Part shown: positions 9,313 through 19,110 of the stretch, one piece after another | Layout of the letters: each line of letters begins with the position of its first letter | How positions within the stretch are numbered: position 1 is the first letter of the stretch | IMG/VR virus record: IMGVR_UViG_3300017917_000332 | Coordinates: 1-64,000 of that record | Length of the DNA stretch: 64,000 nt | Reading direction: 5' to 3' (one strand) | Source of the DNA: a virus | Program-made: the position numbers and the translations under genes | Notes under the pieces: generated by a model | Seen by the model: only the letters and a program-made list of their open reading frames with translations | Database searches by the model: none | What the model was told of the DNA's origin: nothing

Positions 9313-10131
9313 TCAAAACCTCGGTGGCCATTTAAACCAATTTAACTCTTCAGGTGTGTTACTATTAATTACCTTTACTGTCCAATTGTCGACCCAGTCT
9401 TGGCATTCTTTAGATATCTTAACATCAGGGAATACTGTTTTAACATATTCTAAAAATACATTAGGCGTAGGATGAGGATCTTCATATTTTAATTTGACTG
9501 GAAGATCTGTTCCGTAGTTAATTAAAAGAAAATCATATAGACATGGTCTTGTTAAATTTTTAAAAACATCGATGTATGTATTCATAACATCTGTGTCGAA
9601 CGGAGGATTATTTAAAGTTTTAAAATCACCAACTTCAATTGCTTTAACAAAATCAATTAAATCTTGCCTAGACTGGTCTAATTGAAGAAAGTCGCCTTTG
9701 TTGTATGCGGCTATTCCAACAATCTCATCGGTGCTTAAAAATTTCCAGTTACAGCCCCAATCGTTTAGTACATGGATTGCCGCCGCAATACAGCCAAGCT
9801 CTTTAATTAGGCTTCCTTTTTCGCAGAAATACTTTTCAATCCAGTCGTTATCATATGCTCTATTTGTATGTACTCCTCCGCCAGCGAGCCATTTATCTTT
9901 TACATACCTATCTTCTCTTCCAAGGAATGTCCACATTATAACAACATTATCATCTTTAGATATGTTATGTTTATAACCTGCTTCCATTAACTGTAAAAAA
10001 ATACCAACATTACCTAAACCTGAGAACCCCCAGTTGTGATGGTCAAACTCATAGCCTAATATGTCAGCCCAAGTTGGCCAACGGTAATTAGTCATTGAAC
10101 AGCCAAATGTAAACAGTCTTTTCTTAATCAT
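9313..10131 (-). CDS. SGNH-like hydrolase/acyltransferase-fold protein
   Basis: FTFGCSMT, NWGFSGLGN, C-terminal DPHP. Confidence 0.6.
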   Translation of the reverse strand: MIKKRLFTFGCSMTNYRWPTWADILGYEFDHHNWGFSGLGNVGIFLQLMEAGYKHNISKDDNVVIMWTFLGREDRYVKDKWLAGGGVHTNRAYDNDWIEKYFCEKGSLIKELGCIAAAIHVLNDWGCNWKFLSTDEIVGIAAYNKGDFLQLDQSRQDLIDFVKAIEVGDFKTLNNPPFDTDVMNTYIDVFKNLTRPCLYDFLLINYGTDLPVKLKYEDPHPTPNVFLEYVKTVFPDVKISKECQDWVDNWTVKVINSNTPEELNWFKWPPRF

Positions 10132-10155
10132 GTTAAAATATAACTCAGGATTTTT

Positions 10156-10168
10156 TATTTAATAAATA
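10156..10168. promoter_or_regulatory. Back-to-back palindromic TATTTA-A-TAAATA late-type promoters
   Basis: TATTTA 10156-10161 and TAAATA 10163-10168 (6 nt before ATG 10175) lie between divergent genes. Confidence 0.6.
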
Positions 10169-10174
10169 CCTGCA

Positions 10175-10624
10175 ATGAACAAAACAAACATGAATCAGAT
10201 TGAAGAAGATATTAAAAATTGGGTGAAACACATATCAACTCCAACAGATGCTCTAAACGGGTTTAGTGTTTGTCCGTATGCAAAGGGAGCAGAATACAGT
10301 ATTGTTTTAACAGACGGTAGTGATATTAATCCGCCACCTTGGGATTTTGAATTATTAATCTATGTGCTTCCTGAATTTTGGTCTGAAAATGATCTTGTAA
10401 GTCTAGCAACAGAATATAATAAAATCTATACAGACCTAGTTTTCCTTCCAGACCACAAAGATAGGGATACATTTATTAATGGTGTTCAAACTAATAACGG
10501 GAAACATAACCTATTATTATGCCAATGGAGAGATAGTTTAAACGATGCAAGAGAAAAGCTATCTAAAACATTATACTATTCATTCTGGGATAAACAGTAC
10601 CTAGAAGAAATTCTAAAAACTTAG
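10175..10624 (+). CDS. Hypothetical protein, DUF1415-like N-terminus
   Basis: IKNWV…CPYAK motif. Confidence 0.5.
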   Translation: MNKTNMNQIEEDIKNWVKHISTPTDALNGFSVCPYAKGAEYSIVLTDGSDINPPPWDFELLIYVLPEFWSENDLVSLATEYNKIYTDLVFLPDHKDRDTFINGVQTNNGKHNLLLCQWRDSLNDAREKLSKTLYYSFWDKQYLEEILKT

Positions 10625-11421
10625 TTCCTAGAACTAAGTTCTTTCACTAGCCAGTCTTCAAATACACCTTCTATACGAATAGTCCAACTAATTGGTTTAA
10701 CAGGTTCAGCATCACCGTGAAAGTCGTGATTGTTCCAATAATAACTTATTCCACCTGAAATCTTGTAGTTAGCGCCATTTACCTCGTCTTGGACATATAG
10801 ATGTCTTAACTTTAGAGGATCAAACCACATAAAATGTTCTTGGTGATCGTAGTCATCTCGATTAAAGAACAGATCCTTATGCATAGGTACTGATTTACCA
10901 GAAGTCTTTAATAATAAGAATACTGGTCCCATTTTTTTAAAGGGTAGTGTTTCTGCCCAAGATCTCAAAGAAGCAAAGTTGTTAGAAGCCTCTGTCCAAA
11001 AGAAGTTAAAGTTATTTTCTTTTAAAGCATCACAGGGCTCATAATCCCAGAACTGCGGTTTTTCGTAGTCTCGAAGTACTAGGTATGTAAAGTATTCCTG
11101 CACTTTATATTCATAGGCTAACCAGTACTCAAACGCAATCTTGTCTGTTTCTAGTAGCTCTAGCCCCTTGGCTTTTTTTTCAGTATCAGTATCGTTAATC
11201 CAACAGTTATAAGCTGTAGCAAAATCTTTAGGAGAATCTTTTGCAGTATCTATTGTAGTAATATCATTAGCTACCTTAACATAGTTTGCTCTTATGTGAG
11301 CATGAGATTTTGCTATTCCGTAATTTACATCACTAACTAGGCTTAAAAGTTTTTCAGCATTGGAATAATGATCTAAACACACATAAGGCTTGCCAAATAC
11401 ACCTTTCATCACAAATTCCAA
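10621..11421 (-). CDS. Cupin/Fe(II)-2OG oxygenase-like protein
   Basis: VPMHKD…YWNNHDFHG…TIRIEG; paralog of 8508..9311. Confidence 0.55.
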   Translation of the reverse strand: MEFVMKGVFGKPYVCLDHYSNAEKLLSLVSDVNYGIAKSHAHIRANYVKVANDITTIDTAKDSPKDFATAYNCWINDTDTEKKAKGLELLETDKIAFEYWLAYEYKVQEYFTYLVLRDYEKPQFWDYEPCDALKENNFNFFWTEASNNFASLRSWAETLPFKKMGPVFLLLKTSGKSVPMHKDLFFNRDDYDHQEHFMWFDPLKLRHLYVQDEVNGANYKISGGISYYWNNHDFHGDAEPVKPISWTIRIEGVFEDWLVKELSSRN

Positions 11422-11969
11422 TACTCTTCTTTAATATCTAAAATCATAGTAACACGCCACTGGTCACTTTTGTTCCAACCGCCGTGCTTTTTCATACCGT
11501 CAAACGAAACAATATCGCCAGTGTCCCATCCTTTAGTTTCGCCTTCTACGTGGAAGCCTACAACATTTGGATCTGTACTAGGCATACTGATACCAATCAT
11601 AGTACCATATGCTCTAACCTTACCAACAACTTCTTCACTTAAATCCCAGTAATCGTCGGTGTGATCTGGAATATAACTCTTTGGCTGGATAAAGTTAACA
11701 CAGACGTTTAGTACCCCAGGGATACTTTTTAAAACCTTCATAGTCTTTGGCCAGTTCTGTGCATATTGGTCATTTATTCTAGTGGCATCAATCAGTGGTA
11801 GTCCCCACCAACCTAAATGATCACCTTCGCCATATCTTTCACTAAACTTAATACCGTCTTTAGTTGGCTCAAAATTTTCCTTCCATGTGCCGTATTCTTC
11901 AATAAGTGTATCTTTTAGTTCAACTAGTTTAGCATAGTGTTGGCATTTTTTAGAATCAATCCAGTTCAT
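11409..11969 (-). CDS. Aspartyl/asparaginyl beta-hydroxylase-family oxygenase
   Basis: PKSYIPDHTD…FDGMKKHGGWNKSDQWRVTMILD; AGGAG SD upstream. Confidence 0.8.
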   Translation of the reverse strand: MNWIDSKKCQHYAKLVELKDTLIEEYGTWKENFEPTKDGIKFSERYGEGDHLGWWGLPLIDATRINDQYAQNWPKTMKVLKSIPGVLNVCVNFIQPKSYIPDHTDDYWDLSEEVVGKVRAYGTMIGISMPSTDPNVVGFHVEGETKGWDTGDIVSFDGMKKHGGWNKSDQWRVTMILDIKEEYWNL

Positions 11970-11986
11970 ATTTTTCTCCTGATAAA

Positions 11987-13123
11987 TTATTTAAGTATTT
12001 TAGATAAGGTGTCTTTAATAAATGTCATTTCTTCTTGAGAAATGTCATAAAAACATAAATGCCAAAACTTGTCCCAGTTGTGATATAGACCAGAGTCATT
12101 TAGTGTTTGTTGAAAATTAGTAAAATCATTAGGATACGCTTGTATCATACTACCTTTAGCTGTAGCTGTTATACCCTTGTCTAGAAATATAGTTTCTAAG
12201 CTCTTGACATAAGGTATAACTGTGTTGTCTATGTAAGATAATAAGTTATTATTGTTAATAAAATCAATTGTTGCTACTGCGGCAACTGCACCTATAGTGT
12301 TAGTACTCCTAGTGTTACCTATTGCCAACCAACTGTTACTTACAACTTCTGTAATTTTAGAATCAAGAACAGTCAAACAGAGATTGTCGTGTCCTGAGGT
12401 CAATGCTTTTCCTAAAACTATTATGTTAGGCTTTAGTCCTAAAGAATGACTGTGTACCCAACAACCCATTCGTCCTATACCCGTTAGCACTTCGTCAACG
12501 CATAATAAAAGATTGTGTTTAGTAATTGTAGTTTGTAAAGAATTCCACCAATCGGCTGGGTTATCAGATAGGCCTTTTCCCCAAGGTACTGTATCTACTA
12601 ACACGCCTGCTATATTGTCTGCACCAATTTGGTTAACAGTTAATTCTAAATCATCAAAAAATTCTACAAATGTTACTGACGGCCAGTCTTTGCTAAAAGG
12701 TTGCCCGTGAACCATTTGCCATCCTGTAATCGAGCCACTGTGGTAACTATTTTTTCTAACAAGAATAACATTTCTTTTCTGTCCTTGTTCAGCCCAGTAG
12801 TTCCACATTATTTTTATAGCATTATCTACGGCATCGCTACCTGACAGTGCAGATATAAAAGAGCTATATCTACTATCAGTAATAGCATCAATAGACTCTT
12901 CTAAGTCGTTCCAAACTTTATGTTTCAGTCTCCAGAAACTTGTATTAGCATTATCTAAATGTAACTTTATTCTATCAGTAATAAACTTGTTACCGTAGCC
13001 TAATACGTTAGTGCCTGCAGATGCATGTAGATCAAATTTATTATTGATGTAATGACCAGATGCATTTAACAACACATCTGAGTTGTATCCTTGGTTTATT
13101 GTAAAAATATCTAAACGTTTCAT
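11987..13123 (-). CDS. PLP-dependent aminotransferase, class III
   Basis: SGSDAVDNAIK, SYHSG, DEVLTGIGRMG, LGKALTSG (PLP Lys). Confidence 0.9.
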   Translation of the reverse strand: MKRLDIFTINQGYNSDVLLNASGHYINNKFDLHASAGTNVLGYGNKFITDRIKLHLDNANTSFWRLKHKVWNDLEESIDAITDSRYSSFISALSGSDAVDNAIKIMWNYWAEQGQKRNVILVRKNSYHSGSITGWQMVHGQPFSKDWPSVTFVEFFDDLELTVNQIGADNIAGVLVDTVPWGKGLSDNPADWWNSLQTTITKHNLLLCVDEVLTGIGRMGCWVHSHSLGLKPNIIVLGKALTSGHDNLCLTVLDSKITEVVSNSWLAIGNTRSTNTIGAVAAVATIDFINNNNLLSYIDNTVIPYVKSLETIFLDKGITATAKGSMIQAYPNDFTNFQQTLNDSGLYHNWDKFWHLCFYDISQEEMTFIKDTLSKILK

Positions 13124-14157
13124 ACAATACTTCTTTTCTGACCTTCTCTCTCAAGGTCAAGAGTACAACAGTGAACTCCGCTTTCCCAGAATAGACCGTG
13201 TCGTAGTCTAGTAGAGTAGCATTCTATACCCTGTGACTCAAGATACTTTTCTAGCTTAGGTTGAGGATTGCTTAACAAAATCTTATTATGATCAAGTACT
13301 AGAACGTTTGTATCAAAACAAACATCTTGTGCATAACCTCGCCACTCACCAAACCACTTTTGCATCCAAGCTTCTGTAAACTTGCCGCCGCTAGCTTTCA
13401 TATCACTAACATACCGAGACAAGTCTGGAAACGAAACATAATCTTTTATTTCAATGACCCTTTTGTTTTGTAAGCAAACAGGTACCCAATCTTTAGTTAA
13501 GCAAACTACGGTTTCATCGTCGGTCATAAACCAACATTGATCAATGTGTCCCCAACCGTTAGAACTAGTACCGACATTATCTACTATGTTAGTTCCCCTA
13601 GGAAGATTTCTTCTCAACCATTCTTGTCCTAATTTAGTTCCCGGACCTTCATGATTTAAGATTAAACAGTCTCCGGTCTTAGATGCTGTAGCTGTATGCA
13701 ACAGCAATTTTTCTTTGTATCGTTCTTGGTATATTTCTACACCTTTAGTAAACCAAACTTCGTCATTTTGAAGTTTAGGAATATCAGGTATTGGCTGTTG
13801 TATCCAGTTATATCCCTGTTTAAACAATTCCGTAAAGATGTTATAATAAAAATACTGATCGTAATAACGTTCTTTCATGCTAGTAAATGTGCTGTATATA
13901 CAGTCGCCATATACTAGATATTGATCCCTTGGAACCATTGGAGGCATTACATTCTCAGCAGAGCTAGATACCGTTGGACGGTACACTTCGATGCCAAAAG
14001 ATTTTAAAAGAGTTGCTAAACTGTCAAAGTCTTCTTTGGTTTCTTCTAGTATTTTCGCAAGATATCCGTCAACTTGGTTGTTGTCGGTCTTGAAATCAGT
14101 TGTAGTATCTCCTACTACAACTTTGGTTAATCTATCCCATTCGGTCCAAACTGTCAT
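13120..14157 (-). CDS. Amidinotransferase (glycine/inosamine-phosphate amidinotransferase family)
   Basis: WTEWDRL..VVVG, PRD, GHID, SGVHCCTLDL.REG (Asp-His-Cys catalytic set). Confidence 0.88.
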   Translation of the reverse strand: MTVWTEWDRLTKVVVGDTTTDFKTDNNQVDGYLAKILEETKEDFDSLATLLKSFGIEVYRPTVSSSAENVMPPMVPRDQYLVYGDCIYSTFTSMKERYYDQYFYYNIFTELFKQGYNWIQQPIPDIPKLQNDEVWFTKGVEIYQERYKEKLLLHTATASKTGDCLILNHEGPGTKLGQEWLRRNLPRGTNIVDNVGTSSNGWGHIDQCWFMTDDETVVCLTKDWVPVCLQNKRVIEIKDYVSFPDLSRYVSDMKASGGKFTEAWMQKWFGEWRGYAQDVCFDTNVLVLDHNKILLSNPQPKLEKYLESQGIECYSTRLRHGLFWESGVHCCTLDLEREGQKRSIV

Positions 14158-14179
14158 AATAAAATTATTCTTTACACAC

Positions 14180-14196
14180 TACTTACCTGATAAGTA
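14180..14196. promoter_or_regulatory. Inverted pair of TAAGTA late-type promoter motifs
   Basis: TACTTA 14180-14185 and TAAGTA 14191-14196 (4 nt before ATG 14201). Confidence 0.55.
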
Positions 14197-14200
14197 CAGC

Positions 14201-14893
14201 ATGTTTCAAGAATACGAATACTACTATAACAATGTTCCAGGAATTGGACTTTGTAGAAATAATCTAATCTATACTAGTTTAATAAACAAAGATAAGACAG
14301 TGTTTGTCCAATGGTACCACAACGACAGCGAGTATCACAGGGGACAAAACCAAGTAGTCGATCCATCTAAGATGGAAGAAAAATGGTTAAGAGAAGTTAA
14401 TTACCTTACACAGATGCGAAATGCATATCCGGATTTGATTCCTAAAATTATTAAGATTGATCTGGACGCCAAGAAGATTTACTTAGAGATCGAAGGTCCC
14501 GACTTTTGGGAACAAGCAGGATGTGACACAAATAACTACGATAAAGTTCTTCCTGATTGGCAAGATCAAATGTTGAACATCATTCAATCACATCGTGAAT
14601 TAGGATTCCACAAATACAGTATGCACCCTAGCAGTTACTTTGTAGTTGGAGGTAAACTAAAAAGTATCAACTACTTCTTTACTTACAAGGATCATGAACC
14701 AAACATATCAATAGCAGACGTAGAAAGTCACATCTACTCAACTAGACAAGATGAGATGCGTAAGCACTTATCAACACTAGGTATAGATTGGAACAAACCT
14801 CAGCCGTGGAGTGTATTTGATACACTATGTTGGGAAAGTTTTAGAACTAACTATCCAGCAGAATTTATTGAGAAGGTCAAATGTATAAAATAA
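14201..14893 (+). CDS. Degenerate protein-kinase-like fold protein
   Basis: WLREVNYL, HRELGFHKYSMHPSSYF…LKSINYF (HxD/DFG equivalents altered). Start reset to ATG 14201 because the upstream extension overlaps the amidinotransferase antisense. Confidence 0.55.
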   Translation: MFQEYEYYYNNVPGIGLCRNNLIYTSLINKDKTVFVQWYHNDSEYHRGQNQVVDPSKMEEKWLREVNYLTQMRNAYPDLIPKIIKIDLDAKKIYLEIEGPDFWEQAGCDTNNYDKVLPDWQDQMLNIIQSHRELGFHKYSMHPSSYFVVGGKLKSINYFFTYKDHEPNISIADVESHIYSTRQDEMRKHLSTLGIDWNKPQPWSVFDTLCWESFRTNYPAEFIEKVKCIK

Positions 14894-15435
14894 TTCCGTG
14901 GAGTCAAGATCTCGACTTGACAGAGTTTTACAAAACAGCAGAAGAAAAAGGCTTTGTAAATAATGCTAGCCAAAAGATGCTCGTTGATAGTTTAGCAAAA
15001 GAGAAAGAATGGTGCGTGTGGATTCTTTACTACAACAATAACGCCATAGGCAGTGTAGGCGCACATTCTTTTCCTGAAATAGGTAATAACTGTTACAGAA
15101 TAGCGGTAAGGACCTGTGTCTTTTCTGATAAGCTACCGCACAACGGTCTTAGAACTGCAAATCAAATTGTAACACACCAACACGCAACTTCACAATTCTT
15201 AATACCTGCTTGCATAGATTGGGCACCAAAAGGTAGTAGATTGTTTATCACCAGCAACGAGAGCAGTGTTGGAACGCAAAGACTAGTACATAGAATCTTT
15301 GCACCAGCAATGGTTAAAACAGGACAGATGGCAAGAGTCTGTGAGATGCACTATAGAGGCACAGATCAAACAGTGTGGGAACTATTTCCAGATGTCTTTA
15401 TGGAGAATTTGAAGAAACACCCGCGTTGGCAATAA
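14881..15435 (+). CDS. GNAT-like acyltransferase-fold protein
   Basis: Size and pattern WILYYNNNAIGSVG…YRIAVRTC…LFITSN resemble GNAT folds; weak. Confidence 0.4.
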   Translation: MYKIIPWSQDLDLTEFYKTAEEKGFVNNASQKMLVDSLAKEKEWCVWILYYNNNAIGSVGAHSFPEIGNNCYRIAVRTCVFSDKLPHNGLRTANQIVTHQHATSQFLIPACIDWAPKGSRLFITSNESSVGTQRLVHRIFAPAMVKTGQMARVCEMHYRGTDQTVWELFPDVFMENLKKHPRWQ

Positions 15436-16507
15436 GTTTGTCTTCTAGGTCGTATTCTATACACGGGTCAAATATCCTTGCCGCACTTTCAGAGCAGATA
15501 AGACCGCAGGCCGCTAGCCTACCATCATCATAACCGTTGTCCCATCCTGCCTTTATCTTAGAAAAGAACTCACTGTTTACAACATCATACCAACTATTCT
15601 TGAGAATATTAACTTTATCACCACCGTAGTTTTCCCATAAGGTAGTCCAACTATCACCTAGTTCTTTAGTTTTATATAAATGAAAACAAGTTCCTGTGTA
15701 GACACAGGGGAAAACATATCCTTCTGCACTAATATAGATACTGCTCTTCCTTTGGGCTTCGCAGGTTATTGGACTGTTGTTAGATATGGCCAGAGCATCG
15801 TGTATTTTAAAAACTCGATGTTTGCTGAGAATTAGTGGATGTACTAATTGTTTATTCGTTGGTTGTTCAATTTTAATTTGAAGTTTCTTATTGATGCTTT
15901 GCATTTCAAAAAGCGCATCTAATAAGAACTTATGACTCTTACGAACAATAAATCTATCAAATCCTTGGCTCAATGCAAACTGTCTTGCTTCTTCAACTTG
16001 ATGTTCATTATGTTTAAAAGCAATCCACTGCCATTCAGCTTCGCCGCCTGCATCAATAAACGCTTTAGAATTTTCAACAACCTTATTCCATCGCACATTT
16101 ACTCTATAGATATGGTTAGTGTCTTCTAATCCGTCAATAGCAAATCTAACCCACGAGCCTTTTCCAAGGATAGTAGCAAGTTCTGCCCACCATTCTGGAT
16201 TACGCATACCACCGTTAGTACTAACTTTAATGTTAATATGGGGTGCTCTTTGCTTAATAGCCTTACAAACTTCTAAGAAATTTGGTGCGGCACAGGGATC
16301 ACCAACCATTCCGCTAAAGAATATAGTGTCTAAATTAGCTAAAACTTCACCAGGAATAGTTTCTGAATAGAACTCAACTGGCAAATAGCTTTGGTTGAAC
16401 CAACTATAATCGCCTGGTTTAAGTTCTCTAGTGCAACTTGGACAGGCCGCATTACATAATGCACTATGTTCAATGTCTAGTTCTTTGATCTGCTTGTAAA
16501 AATCCAT
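15398..16507 (-). CDS. Radical SAM/SPASM enzyme, type B
   Basis: CNAACPSCTR, GMVGDP, STNGG, FAIDG, FKHNEHQ, C-terminal C…G.VFPC…CGLIC; start at ATG 16507. Confidence 0.9.
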   Translation of the reverse strand: MDFYKQIKELDIEHSALCNAACPSCTRELKPGDYSWFNQSYLPVEFYSETIPGEVLANLDTIFFSGMVGDPCAAPNFLEVCKAIKQRAPHINIKVSTNGGMRNPEWWAELATILGKGSWVRFAIDGLEDTNHIYRVNVRWNKVVENSKAFIDAGGEAEWQWIAFKHNEHQVEEARQFALSQGFDRFIVRKSHKFLLDALFEMQSINKKLQIKIEQPTNKQLVHPLILSKHRVFKIHDALAISNNSPITCEAQRKSSIYISAEGYVFPCVYTGTCFHLYKTKELGDSWTTLWENYGGDKVNILKNSWYDVVNSEFFSKIKAGWDNGYDDGRLAACGLICSESAARIFDPCIEYDLEDKLIANAGVSSNSP

Positions 16508-16512
16508 GAATA

Positions 16513-16543
16513 TATTTATGGGGTGTGCTACCATGAATAAATA
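16513..16543. promoter_or_regulatory. Divergent pair of TAAATA late-type promoter motifs
   Basis: TATTTA 16513-16518 (5 nt before ATG 16507) and TAAATA 16538-16543 (5 nt before ATG 16549). Confidence 0.65.
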
Positions 16544-16548
16544 TTTCC

Positions 16549-17166
16549 ATGGAACGCCAAATTAAACTTGACCTCACTGCTGATATTAACGAACTTAGAG
16601 AGTTCTATAATACCATTAAGACAGACTTTGCTGACAGAAAATGGATAGCAACTGAGCAAGCAAAGTATATTAAACGAGAAGCATACAATAACCCAAACAT
16701 TGATCTTTCAAAGATGCCAGGCGGTTGGGCATTAACAACATATCTCAAAGACGACAGCCAAATATGCGCACCTTGGAATGTTTTAACTAACGATTTTACC
16801 GACGGAAAGAAAAGAACCAACATGGTATTTGGTATTGCAGAACGTCTATTAGATAAAATACCTATGGCATATAGACTAGGAATCAGTGTTACCCCAGGCG
16901 GCAACTATATTGAATCACACGAAGATGACGCATGGCATATACATTTTCCAATTTATAGTCCGCCTAAAAGTTTCTTTACCTGGGACAATGAGAATAGAGA
17001 ACCAGTAGACTGGGAACATTACGAAGCTGACGGAACTTCATGGGCGTTAAACACTCAACTAATGCACAGTGTTAAGAATTTAGATACAGAAGATAGAGTA
17101 CACATGTTCTTTAGCGTCAAGCAAGAAGACATGCCAGCATTGTTACAAATTACAGGACAGATATGA
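16549..17166 (+). CDS. AspH-like Fe(II)/2OG oxygenase
   Basis: PGGNYIESHED..HIHFPI…NTQLMHSVKN…DRVH. Confidence 0.7.
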   Translation: MERQIKLDLTADINELREFYNTIKTDFADRKWIATEQAKYIKREAYNNPNIDLSKMPGGWALTTYLKDDSQICAPWNVLTNDFTDGKKRTNMVFGIAERLLDKIPMAYRLGISVTPGGNYIESHEDDAWHIHFPIYSPPKSFFTWDNENREPVDWEHYEADGTSWALNTQLMHSVKNLDTEDRVHMFFSVKQEDMPALLQITGQI

Positions 17167-17762
17167 AGATACTAATAACAGGCCATACTACTGGCCTAGG
17201 AGAATTTCTTGCCGATCATTTCTCTAAAGATGGACACGTTATAATAGGTGTTAGTAGATCTACCGGGTTTGACCTAACTAAAGATGTTAGTAAAGTAGAG
17301 AGTCTAGCAAAAGACTGTGACCTAGTAGTTTTAAATTCAAATGCCGGCCAAATGGAACTACTAGAGCTGTTGGCATTAGAGAAAAAGTTAATAGTTATGG
17401 GAAGTATTGCAGGTCAATACGATCAACTTATTCAAAGTGAATACAGTAGCACCAAGAAAAAACTTGCCGAACGTTGTAAAAATCTAAGTTTAGATCCAAA
17501 AGTTAAACTACTTCACCTCACAATATCTATGTTAGAAGATGCTATAAGTACTGACAAAGGAATTACTTTTCTAGAAGTTTACCAAACTATTAACAGTTGG
17601 TTAGGTAATCCGTGTTATAATAACATAGATTACGAATTTAAACTAACGCCATTCACTTTAGAGCAAATTAAAACTAAGTTTGGCGCAACACAAGAAAGCA
17701 TCGATAGAATTACACAAAATGTCTGTGACCGAACAAAAGCACAAGTTTTACCAAATACTTGA
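17163..17762 (+). CDS. Short-chain dehydrogenase/reductase (SDR)
   Basis: ILITGHTTGLG Rossmann motif, MGS, YSSTK (YxxxK). Confidence 0.8.
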   Translation: MKILITGHTTGLGEFLADHFSKDGHVIIGVSRSTGFDLTKDVSKVESLAKDCDLVVLNSNAGQMELLELLALEKKLIVMGSIAGQYDQLIQSEYSSTKKKLAERCKNLSLDPKVKLLHLTISMLEDAISTDKGITFLEVYQTINSWLGNPCYNNIDYEFKLTPFTLEQIKTKFGATQESIDRITQNVCDRTKAQVLPNT

Positions 17763-19110
17763 AGAGAAAACTGGTAGCAAAACATTCTGTATCCTTCCTT
17801 GGATACACTTTGCAACACGACCAAACGGCGATATGCGACTCTGCTGTTCTGCCAACGCTAGTGGTGCCGGTCACGATCACACTATTGGACTAGTAAAAAA
17901 CGAATCGGGTGTCCCTGCAAACTTTGGTAATAGTAAACCTTTAGAAGCCTGGAACAATCAATACATGCGAGATGTCCGTCTAACTATGTTAGAGGGAAAA
18001 ATTCCAGCTAGTTGTAGCAAGTGTATCGGTGAAGAAGACAAAGGGGTAATTAGTAAACGCCTTTGGGAAACCTATACTTGGATGGAAGATGGTATTGACA
18101 TTGAAGAACTAGTTAAACAGACTAAAGAAGACGGCACTGTTCCTGACAAATTAACATACTTGGACCTTAGACTAGGGCACACTTGCAACCTTAAATGCGT
18201 AATGTGTAGTCCGCACGACAGTAGTCGATGGGTTCAAGATCACGAAAAGCTCTTAAAGAAGACTACTATCCCTATTATAGCAGAGCAAATGGACTGGGAT
18301 AGCAAAACGTTTAATAATACATGGTACGAAAACCCAGATTTCTGGGAACAAATTAATGCTCAGATTCCAAATCTAAAACAAGTTTATTTTGCAGGTGGCG
18401 AACCTTTGATGATCAAAGAACATAAAAAGTTCTTACAAGAAATTATTAGACAAGGTTATGCTGACAAGATCCTTATAAGATACAACAGTAATGCGTTATT
18501 ACTAGATGACGAAACTATCGACTTGTGGAAATCTTTTTCTAAAGTTAAATTTGCTGTTAGTTTAGATGCGGCTGACCAACGCAACTGGTATATTAGATAT
18601 CCTAGTGACTGGGACACTATTGTAAAGAATCTTCATAAGTTAGATAACACACCTAGCAACATACAAGTAAGTATTGCTACCGCTATACAGATTCTAAACA
18701 TTAAACACCTTCCAGACTTTGCTCGTTGGAAGATAACACAGAACTTTAAGAAGATTAACTTTGAAAATGTTACAGGCGGTATCGAAGCCGGCGGTGGCAT
18801 TTTTAATATGCACCTTTTGTACTTGCCAACATTCCTAAGTATTCGTTGTTTGCCTCAAGCAGATAAAGCAGAGGTTAGGAAGATATTTGGAGAATTTGCA
18901 AACTGGTTGCAGGTTAACTACAGACAAGATAAAGATTTTTGGAAAGATAATCCCTACGGTTGGAAACGTTGGCAGGCTATACTAGACTTTATGGACTCTG
19001 AAGATCACACTAACCAGTTGCCTGCGTTTAAAGAATACATAGAAAATCTAGACAGCATTCGAGGTACAGATTTTAAATCTATCTTTCCAGAACTAGCGCA
19101 TCTATTATGA
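17719..19110 (+). CDS. Radical SAM enzyme, type A
   Basis: FCILPW…LCC…CSKC; CNLKCVMC; GGEP; start at ATG 17719 (MSVTEQ). Confidence 0.9.
   Translation: MSVTEQKHKFYQILEEKTGSKTFCILPWIHFATRPNGDMRLCCSANASGAGHDHTIGLVKNESGVPANFGNSKPLEAWNNQYMRDVRLTMLEGKIPASCSKCIGEEDKGVISKRLWETYTWMEDGIDIEELVKQTKEDGTVPDKLTYLDLRLGHTCNLKCVMCSPHDSSRWVQDHEKLLKKTTIPIIAEQMDWDSKTFNNTWYENPDFWEQINAQIPNLKQVYFAGGEPLMIKEHKKFLQEIIRQGYADKILIRYNSNALLLDDETIDLWKSFSKVKFAVSLDAADQRNWYIRYPSDWDTIVKNLHKLDNTPSNIQVSIATAIQILNIKHLPDFARWKITQNFKKINFENVTGGIEAGGGIFNMHLLYLPTFLSIRCLPQADKAEVRKIFGEFANWLQVNYRQDKDFWKDNPYGWKRWQAILDFMDSEDHTNQLPAFKEYIENLDSIRGTDFKSIFPELAHLL

Noticed and set aside
13991-14200. N-terminal extensions given by the ORF track (13991, also 4595, 6907, 16534, 17680, 22327, 22927, 38585, 41375)
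   Set aside because: They overlap neighbouring genes or promoter motifs. Downstream starts fit paralog alignments, gene coupling or the TAADTA spacing.
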